The notes beneath the pieces were generated by a model that was given only the letters and a program-made list of their open reading frames with translations, had not been told where the DNA came from and made no database searches. A stretch of DNA of 50,670 bases from IMG/VR virus record IMGVR_UViG_3300030620_000009, positions 1 to 50,670 of that record. The stretch is one strand, 5' to 3'. Source of the stretch: a virus. Its lineage: Duplodnaviria > Caudoviricetes. Shown here one piece after another: positions 44,049 to 50,670 of the stretch (its first letter is position 1; each line of letters opens with the position of its first letter). Both the position numbers and the translations under genes were made by a program.

Positions 44049-45400
44049 TAGTTGGCCCTCCCTGCAACACCGATCTTGGCTTCCTTCTCAGTGAGGCCAA
44101 GACGGCTGAGGGCGGTCTCGAGCCCCTTCTGGGCCTCCTCGATTGGAACGGGTGACCCACCTGGCTCAGATCCGCCACCCATTCCATAGACGCGGGCGGT
44201 GCCGGCAGCCTGCGACAGGTACTTGAGCTCGGCCTGAACGGCCTCGGTAATCTTGGTGACGAACGCCTCAGAGTCGATCACGCCGTCCTTCACGGGCGGG
44301 TTTGCCGACAGAGACTCGATCAGGCGAGTCTTCGTCATCTCCGGAACGTTGGGGATCCGGTCGATGGCTTCCTTCACAAGATCGCGTGCGTCACGAAGAA
44401 TGAGGACCTCCTGGAGCCTGGCGGTAGTCGTCTTCGACTCCTTGAGCTCCTGGAGGATTGGGTCGGTCGCCGTTCGCACCGCCTCCTGAATCACCGTCGT
44501 AATCTCGGGTGTCACAGTCGAAGGTGGAGTGGTCGGTGGCGACGCGGGCTCCTTGATCTGATCTCCCACGGTAGCCTCCTGAATGGGGATGTCTGGACCA
44601 GCATCGGTATGTCGGCCACGAGCGGCCTCGAAGAGTGAAACAACTTGCCCACCAGCACCGGGCAATGTTACGAAGTCGATGCTGTTCATGACCGATGGTA
44701 AGATGCTCTCGACAATCTGTCCCTTTCTGCCCTCCGCTTCTCCTTCTGACGCTGCTCCGAAGGCTCGGATTGACGTCCCAATATGTGCTGCCAACTCATC
44801 GACAGGACCCTTATAGGCCTCGAAGACCTTGGCGTTGGCATATAAACCAGGTCCTGTAGGCCCCGACCGATCGAACTTGGCATCTGTGACCAGCTCGGCA
44901 GCCAAGTCGTCCAATGACCGTTCGGGCCGCTCCTTAGCTTCGGTCTCGGTAGGGTGATCCCAGTACATCTTCGTTCCCTTCGGGAACCCTGTGGGACCAT
45001 GCCTCTCGAGGATCTTCTCGCCGTAGTACCCCGTCGTACCCCAACCAGGCTGGATGAGCTTGACGGTAATGGTGTTGTCAGCCTTGAGTGCCTTCTCCTC
45101 CAGGAGCACAATCCGACCAAGGTTGGCGTTCGGATCGTCCTTTGACTCGTAGAGGTACGGCTGCAGCTCATCCGTACTGGTTCCGGCCTCAGCAAGCTCC
45201 ATGTCGACCCACTGCATCCAGAAGTTGTAAGCCTTCTGCATCTTAGCAAGCTGATCAGCCTCGTCCACCTCATGAGCCATGCACCGAAGCATGTCTGCCC
45301 CGATCCGCTGCCCCTCTGCAGCCTGTACTGCAGCCGAGCTATAGGGACCCGCCTCTCGAAGGTGAATCAAACGCAGAGCCCGGTCAATGACGTCCATCAC
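44048..45400 (-). CDS. prohead protease with C-terminal scaffold
   Basis: LIQPGWG, MYWDHPT, IGTSIRA, SIDFVTLPGAGG; helical C-terminus. Confidence 0.85.
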   Translation of the reverse strand: MMDVIDRALRLIHLREAGPYSSAAVQAAEGQRIGADMLRCMAHEVDEADQLAKMQKAYNFWMQWVDMELAEAGTSTDELQPYLYESKDDPNANLGRIVLLEEKALKADNTITVKLIQPGWGTTGYYGEKILERHGPTGFPKGTKMYWDHPTETEAKERPERSLDDLAAELVTDAKFDRSGPTGPGLYANAKVFEAYKGPVDELAAHIGTSIRAFGAASEGEAEGRKGQIVESILPSVMNSIDFVTLPGAGGQVVSLFEAARGRHTDAGPDIPIQEATVGDQIKEPASPPTTPPSTVTPEITTVIQEAVRTATDPILQELKESKTTTARLQEVLILRDARDLVKEAIDRIPNVPEMTKTRLIESLSANPPVKDGVIDSEAFVTKITEAVQAELKYLSQAAGTARVYGMGGGSEPGGSPVPIEEAQKGLETALSRLGLTEKEAKIGVAGRAN

Positions 45401-47223
45401 TTCTTACCTCGCGGCGGTGTTGTACCCCTCATGCGCTGGGAGTCCTTATCACTTTGGAATCCCCCTGTAGGACCCTGCTGAGCCGCCCCTGTCGTGAATG
45501 GATCGGCAGGGCCTGAATTACCCTCGTTCCGCATCGAGGGCGGAGGAGGAGCAACCTTGTGAGTTGCCTTGACAACTTCGTTGTCACTAACCTTCGAATC
45601 CTTCGGGGGTACAGGAAGCGGAGCACCTGTAATCTGATCGACCCCCGGTGACTCTTCCTCCTCAGTGTCAAAGTACTCAGCACCTTCAGGGAGCAACTCA
45701 TCGAGGAGCGCATCGGCGTTATCCACGTTCAACGCCTTGAACAGAAGCCCAATGAGTGTCCTATCTGACATTGTGCCTGCAGTCTGCTGTCCGTTGAGCG
45801 TCGCAGCCTGCACGACTGCCTGGACTCGTGGAAGTATATCATGCTCCAGGATGGCTGGGAAGTCAACGTTGATCTGGACGTCCTCTTCCTCCAGATCTAC
45901 GTTCGCGTCCGTACCCGCACCCAGATTGACGATTGCTGCCTCACCCAGCACAATCGTCTGCGCTTCACGCACTGCCGCCTCAACCACTTGCGGGAGAGAA
46001 CTAATAGGTCCGTCAACAGACCTCCTAGCCTTCCGAACAACAAATGTCAGGATGTCCCTGTAGACATCAGCCCAGAGCTCCTGCCGAGTTTGCATCTTGA
46101 GCTCAGTTGGCCGGTCGAGGGTACGGCTGGTGGCGTAGTTGCCGACACTGGAGTCGCCAGTCAGGATGGTCTCGGGAATGCCGGTGCCTGCACTCACCAT
46201 AAGCCAGAGGCGGCGGCCTTCTTCAGGATTGGGCTGGGCACCTGCAGTCCTAATGGGCTCGAGTAACTGCCCAGCCTGCTGAATCCAGGTAGACCCGGCC
46301 GTAGCGGGTGGATTCTTCTCAAGTGCAGATGCGCCACTATTGGCGCCGAGGGTCGTTCCCATCTTGGTCTTGGCATTCTTGACCGCGTTGGGCCCTGTAA
46401 CTGTTAGCTTGAACGCAAACCTGGCGAGGGCTCGGCGAATAGTCGCATAGTCCTCGAGGTCGTTCTTGACTGCCATTGCCCAGTCGAGGGACGCGTAGTG
46501 CTCGGGGATGCCGAACCGCATGTCTCCCAAACGTCCGACTGCAACGTGGTAAACCGGAGAGTCCCACAACACCTTGGATTCACCAAAGGATGCAGGCTTC
46601 ACCTGAGGGTCATACAGCCAATCGGGGTAATACTCCCGAACACCCTTCTTCTCCTCGAGTCTCCCGGTCTGTGGGTTGAACTCCATGCGATTGTACTGTC
46701 GCACGTAGTACCACGGCTCTGCCGCGTCATCTGGGTTCCGAATGACGTCCTCGCACTCTTCGACCGGGAACGTACGGACCTGCACCTTCCCCGCGAGCTG
46801 GTTTGTGAACAGGACGATGAACAGGTTCGACTTGGTCTGGAGCTCGACTTCCTTCTCGGACTGGGCCTGCTTACCTGTTAGAACCTTCCGGTTTCGGCGG
46901 TCCTTGAGGAAGGACTGAACAACTTTGTTGACGCCTGGGTCAGGTGAATGAATTGTTACACCTTGTCCCCAAACATAGTGCGCCTGAACATCCGTTGCGT
47001 GGCGGATTAGGGGATTCTTGAGGTAGGCCATGACGGCCATCAACGTAATCTTGCGGAGGCCCTCGCGGCTGAACTCACGCTGTGCCTGACTCGCAAGACG
47101 AACCCATCCTGCATCTTCAACTGCCAACTCCAACTCGGCGAATCGCTCCTCCAGAAGCTGGATCGTCTGATCAGACTGGTAGAGTGCCTCTTGGAGCTGC
47201 GCCTTGGTTGCTACGCGTGCCAC
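45397..47223 (-). CDS. portal protein
   Basis: position; NPLIRHA...VWGQGV, RFGIPE, GIPETILTGD..GNYATSRTL. Confidence 0.85.
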   Translation of the reverse strand: MARVATKAQLQEALYQSDQTIQLLEERFAELELAVEDAGWVRLASQAQREFSREGLRKITLMAVMAYLKNPLIRHATDVQAHYVWGQGVTIHSPDPGVNKVVQSFLKDRRNRKVLTGKQAQSEKEVELQTKSNLFIVLFTNQLAGKVQVRTFPVEECEDVIRNPDDAAEPWYYVRQYNRMEFNPQTGRLEEKKGVREYYPDWLYDPQVKPASFGESKVLWDSPVYHVAVGRLGDMRFGIPEHYASLDWAMAVKNDLEDYATIRRALARFAFKLTVTGPNAVKNAKTKMGTTLGANSGASALEKNPPATAGSTWIQQAGQLLEPIRTAGAQPNPEEGRRLWLMVSAGTGIPETILTGDSSVGNYATSRTLDRPTELKMQTRQELWADVYRDILTFVVRKARRSVDGPISSLPQVVEAAVREAQTIVLGEAAIVNLGAGTDANVDLEEEDVQINVDFPAILEHDILPRVQAVVQAATLNGQQTAGTMSDRTLIGLLFKALNVDNADALLDELLPEGAEYFDTEEEESPGVDQITGAPLPVPPKDSKVSDNEVVKATHKVAPPPPSMRNEGNSGPADPFTTGAAQQGPTGGFQSDKDSQRMRGTTPPRGKK

Positions 47224-47224
47224 T

Positions 47225-47533
47225 TCAAGACCTCACGTCGTCCAGAACACGAAGGAGTCCTGCGGCAGCGAAAGAGCCCCAGGCGAGTCCTGACAGAACC
47301 GGCCGAAGAGCTGAGGGAAGGTCAAGAGGTTCACGAAGCACCGCCAGCGTAAGTGAAGCACTCGCGGTCAACGCGCAAAGGAACAATGGGAAGTCGTTCA
47401 GAAGTTCCCGTCTTGACCGTGAGTCTCGGTAGGTGCGCCATGTAATTACGGAGCGAAGAACCACAAGCGTCCAGAAGAGAACCGCTCCCCCTGCCCACGC
47501 AACACCAGCTACAACCGTGACCCAGTCGTTCAT
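47225..47533 (-). CDS. three-TM membrane protein
   Basis: ATGA coupling; three hydrophobic segments. Confidence 0.6.
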   Translation of the reverse strand: MNDWVTVVAGVAWAGGAVLFWTLVVLRSVITWRTYRDSRSRRELLNDFPLFLCALTASASLTLAVLREPLDLPSALRPVLSGLAWGSFAAAGLLRVLDDVRS

Positions 47534-47739
47534 CGTAGCAGCTTCTTCCCTGCCTCGACTCCGAGGAATAGAAGGGCGGTCCCGAGAATAAGCCCGAGTT
47601 GAATACTGTCGAGTGCGAAGTCCGGAGACATGACATCCAGGACGAACAGGATAGCAACAAGGGCGATGAGCAGGAGACCACTTGCCGTGCGTGCACGACC
47701 AAAGTACGGCTTCCCATTGTGGGGGTCATGCCCTTCCAT
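47530..47739 (-). CDS. two-TM holin-like membrane protein
   Basis: two TMs with basic C-terminus (GKKLLR). Confidence 0.55.
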   Translation of the reverse strand: MEGHDPHNGKPYFGRARTASGLLLIALVAILFVLDVMSPDFALDSIQLGLILGTALLFLGVEAGKKLLR

Positions 47740-47851
47740 GCGGCCTTTCCCAGAATCGTGCAAGCCACGGAGTTACGAAGTGATCCAGCACGATGTACAC
47801 TGGGAAGGCCAGCGCAAATCCCAACAGGAGGCTTGGTCCATCTATCTGCAC
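47726..47851 (-). CDS. 41-aa single-TM peptide (not in ORF track)
   Basis: SD GAGGGG; MQIDGPSLLLGFALAFPVYIVLDHFVTPWLARFWERPHGRA. Confidence 0.5.
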   Translation of the reverse strand: MQIDGPSLLLGFALAFPVYIVLDHFVTPWLARFWERPHGRA

Positions 47852-47862
47852 GTCGTCACCCC

Positions 47863-49413
47863 TCAGTATGGGCTGATGTGCACGTACTCATCGTGCACCA
47901 CCATAACTTCGTCAGGTTCCGGGATCAATGCAAATGCCGTTACCACTGCATCGCCGTAGTCAGTACTCCGTCCGAGCCGCTTTCGGAGAACATCCTTGGA
48001 CTCTACCTGAATCTTCGACCCGGACGTTACACGCCAGTGAGGTGCCGTCAGATCACCTACCAACATATCGTGGGGCGGCAGCTCGATACTGAACCCATTC
48101 GTAGGGTCGAGCAACTCCCGAAGGGTCCACCATGCGGCAGACCGCTGGTTTGTGAACCCCAACTCGCCTGTAATGTCAACTTGATCAGTCTTGGCTGCGG
48201 CATTGAAGGGGAAGACGTCAATTCCGTCCTCGAGCAGCTTATCGACCATCGGACCGCCGATGCCAATAACGTCGACTGCTGTATACCCCTCTCCATGCCC
48301 GAATGCCCTGTGGATTCCCTTCAGAACACCGACAGTTGCCATCGAATCAGCCTGGATATAGTCGCGGATCTCCCGGATTACATGCCCAAACCGGACCGCA
48401 ATTGTGGTCTTATCCTCACCGGAACGCGCCGGATCACAAGAAGAACATGTGTATTCCGGAAGCAAATCGCGGGAATCCAGGCCCTTTCGGCGTCGGTAAT
48501 CTGCGTCAAACCGCTCCTTCCACCGCTCCATCGCCTGCTCAACCCACGTGAGGGGAATGACGCTATCAGCGTCGGCGGTTGCAAACTCACCAAGAACACG
48601 GTTCTGATAGACTGCAGAGTTGAGGCCCCACTGCTTCGCACGTTGATCAGCCCATTCACGACTGATTCGGCCAGCAGCAATGCACTGATCGAGGGTCACA
48701 TGGATAACGTGCCAGTCCTCGTAGCCCGGCTTGCGTGTCTGAATCTCCCAGAAGCGGCCGTTCGGTTCACCAGGAGTACTGATGGCGAGGGCATAGGCCT
48801 CTGCGACAGTATCGCGGCCAGCGCCAGAGAACGCGCCCTCGGAAGCGTCGAACGTACCCGCCGCGATGGCCTTGCTCTCGTCGTAGAGGTAGAAGAGCCG
48901 GTCCGCGTGGGCGCCCTCGATGAGCTCCGGGACGTCGGATGCTGCCGCGAATGCCTGTCCCGTCTTCAGCTTCAGATTCAGGGACATCAGCTCTGACCGA
49001 CTGTTGTAAGGTCGTCTTCCAAGCTTGTCCCATCGAAGCTTCCTTGCCCACTTGTGAATCTCGGGCCAGAGGAACTTATCCAACTGTCGCCAGGCAGATG
49101 CGGTTGAAGGTATCTTCCAGTCAAGACCCTCGCGTGTGTTCGCGAACCACAACATAGCCCACGCCGCCGTTGCAGTCTTACCCAGGCCGTGCGGCCCACG
49201 AACACACACACGCTTGTGCTCTGGGATGGCCGACAGTATCTCCTCCTGGTAGTCTGTCGGTGCGTTCGCTCCATCGTCGCCGAAGTCGATCATGTCGTAG
49301 ACCCAGGCGACCGGATCATACATGTAGATGGACGGCTGTGGATCCAGAAGGTCTGCAGCAACTAAGAAGGGGTTGGCAGCTGCCGGGCCTACCAACCCCT
49401 CATAGCCGTACAT
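47863..49413 (-). CDS. terL: terminase large subunit
   Basis: VRGPHGLGKT, YLYDES, ISTP, RVLGEF, DPARSGEDKT, DVIGIG, RSTDYGDA. Confidence 0.93.
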   Translation of the reverse strand: MYGYEGLVGPAAANPFLVAADLLDPQPSIYMYDPVAWVYDMIDFGDDGANAPTDYQEEILSAIPEHKRVCVRGPHGLGKTATAAWAMLWFANTREGLDWKIPSTASAWRQLDKFLWPEIHKWARKLRWDKLGRRPYNSRSELMSLNLKLKTGQAFAAASDVPELIEGAHADRLFYLYDESKAIAAGTFDASEGAFSGAGRDTVAEAYALAISTPGEPNGRFWEIQTRKPGYEDWHVIHVTLDQCIAAGRISREWADQRAKQWGLNSAVYQNRVLGEFATADADSVIPLTWVEQAMERWKERFDADYRRRKGLDSRDLLPEYTCSSCDPARSGEDKTTIAVRFGHVIREIRDYIQADSMATVGVLKGIHRAFGHGEGYTAVDVIGIGGPMVDKLLEDGIDVFPFNAAAKTDQVDITGELGFTNQRSAAWWTLRELLDPTNGFSIELPPHDMLVGDLTAPHWRVTSGSKIQVESKDVLRKRLGRSTDYGDAVVTAFALIPEPDEVMVVHDEYVHISPY

Positions 49414-50291
49414 CAGTCTGTGGTCCCGGCTCCGACCGACTGCGAGGGCCCGATACCCTCCGTCCGACCCAGTCGTGCCCGATCACGCATCTTCGACCGC
49501 TGAGCTGCCCTATATGCTTGATTAGCAGCCCGGCCTGGCGCGTCCAACCGTGCCATGTACTGATCCATCGCCGGATTATATGGGATCAGTTCACCCTCCA
49601 CCTCAACAGAGGTCGTTGGTGTTCCCTCCAAGTCAGGTACAAGAGAGCGAAGATGTTGCCCGAGGAGCTGCTGTGCAATCTTCTGCTGTCCGCTGGTCAA
49701 ACCTAGTACATCTGCTCCGAGGACTGACTTGAGCGCCCGAACCATAGCACGCGCCTGCATCTCGGCCAACTTGACGAGGGCCTCGTCAATTCCAATGTCC
49801 AACGCCATCTTAGCCGACTTTGCAGCCCGCTCTTGCCAGAGGGCAAAGAGTTCGTGTGTCTGCTTCGCCTTGGCGAATCCCTCGCTGCCAGGATCGGTGA
49901 GCGCCTCGACGTCGACCTCAACGACCAAATCCTTGGTCGCGGCTGCCATCGCAGCAGCCGTATGCACTTGCTCAAGTAGGACCTCTCGGGGATCCTTCTT
50001 GGTAGCGCGATCGAGGTCGAGGCGCTTCACCAGAGCGGCCGCCCTGACAATCCCATCCCGGATGACAGCGAGCCGCTTGGTCTGCGGAGCAGCGCCTCCA
50101 TGGAAGCGACAAACATCGGTGCCGGGGAGGGGGGACAACCCACACCGACGCTTTCCACCCGCAACCGTAGCCCAGCACCTGGGGCGACCACCAGCAGTTC
50201 GAGCCTGCTCAGCAAACAATGACCGAGTGCCAAGGGTCTGCTGAAGGTACCGCTTGCGTCTGTACGCATTCTGGTGGCTCCACGCTCCCAC
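49413..50291 (-). CDS. terS: terminase small subunit with HGG Zn motif (start uncertain)
   Basis: RCWA...RC...VCRFHGGAAPQ; TGATG coupling to terL. Confidence 0.7.
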   Translation of the reverse strand: MGAWSHQNAYRRKRYLQQTLGTRSLFAEQARTAGGRPRCWATVAGGKRRCGLSPLPGTDVCRFHGGAAPQTKRLAVIRDGIVRAAALVKRLDLDRATKKDPREVLLEQVHTAAAMAAATKDLVVEVDVEALTDPGSEGFAKAKQTHELFALWQERAAKSAKMALDIGIDEALVKLAEMQARAMVRALKSVLGADVLGLTSGQQKIAQQLLGQHLRSLVPDLEGTPTTSVEVEGELIPYNPAMDQYMARLDAPGRAANQAYRAAQRSKMRDRARLGRTEGIGPSQSVGAGTTD

Positions 50292-50322
50292 GCTAATCGC
50301 AACCCAGGTGCTCCATATCATG

Positions 50323-50352
50323 ATTATAGAGCTGCGCGACGGCAAATTGCAA
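50323..50352 (-). promoter_or_regulatory. promoter for morphogenesis arm
   Basis: TTGCAA-18nt-TATAAT on minus strand preceded by GGCCCTC. Confidence 0.75.
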
Positions 50353-50554
50353 GAGGGCCCTTTGTCTAGGCAAAGAGTTTGGTCGACCAAACAAGCCCCC
50401 TGAATAGGGGACACCCCCGTGTGCTCGTTTGTCACACTCCGGTCAACACCCGGGGGCGCCGGCTCCCTTCCCCCAAACATTCACCCGGGGGTGCGTAGCT
50501 AATGGAGGGCACCTTGCGTTACGATGCAAGGCGAAGTCCTCCGCCGATTCGGGG

Positions 50555-50583
50555 TTGACGCAAGCGCGCTTCCGCTATATAAT
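50555..50583 (+). promoter_or_regulatory. sigma70-type promoter, rightward
   Basis: TTGACG-17nt-TATAAT. Confidence 0.85.
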
Positions 50584-50656
50584 AGAAGTATGGAAAGGGG
50601 GAGGGGTTACAGAAAGTAATCCACACCCTCTCCAGTAGTACATAAGGAGTACTACA

Positions 50657-50670
50657 ATGGCTACCATCTC
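50657..50670 (+). CDS. start of gene truncated by window edge
   Basis: SD TAAGGAG then ATGGCTACCATC. Confidence 0.6.

Noticed and set aside
47599-48996. Long antisense ORFs (also 6078-6659, 41017-42110, 42570-43266 and others)
   Set aside because: They mirror well-supported genes on the other strand, as expected with GC3 bias, and show no motifs or SDs.
1-50670. Integrase, repressor cassette, tRNAs, reverse transcriptase/DGR, introns or inteins, spanins
   Set aside because: No recognisable motifs in this window; they could lie in the missing part of the genome.

Overview
The window is most of a ~59% GC tailed dsDNA phage genome with siphovirus gene order; genes run off both ends. The + strand (0.5-23.7 kb) holds the early/replication arm. 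It has HTH and Zn-ribbon genes, an iteron-rich probable origin, a DUF3854 primase-helicase, RuvC, an SNF2 helicase, a Cas4-like nuclease, an AAA recombinase and an SSB, followed by an embedded endolysin-holin pair. It ends with a complete 7-deazaguanine DNA-modification cluster (queC, queD, queE, folE, a divergent DpdA/TGT-like gene, two all-alpha NTP pyrophosphatases) that overlaps a UDG-DNA polymerase A fusion. The - strand (23.7-50.3 kb) holds the morphogenesis arm: terminases, portal, protease/scaffold, capsid, fibre genes, neck, tail tube, a frameshifting chaperone, tape measure and tail proteins. The most notable points are: (1) a possibly pre-replicative deazaguanine system; (2) one C39-like cysteine peptidase domain used both in the endolysin and at the C-terminus of a 1638-aa virion protein; (3) several strongly structured non-coding RNA candidates, especially a three-hairpin element behind its own promoter; (4) a conserved phage promoter family; (5) an overlapping acidic/basic ORF pair. 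No integrase, tRNA, CRISPR array or spanin was seen. All family calls come from motifs recognised by eye; no database search was run.
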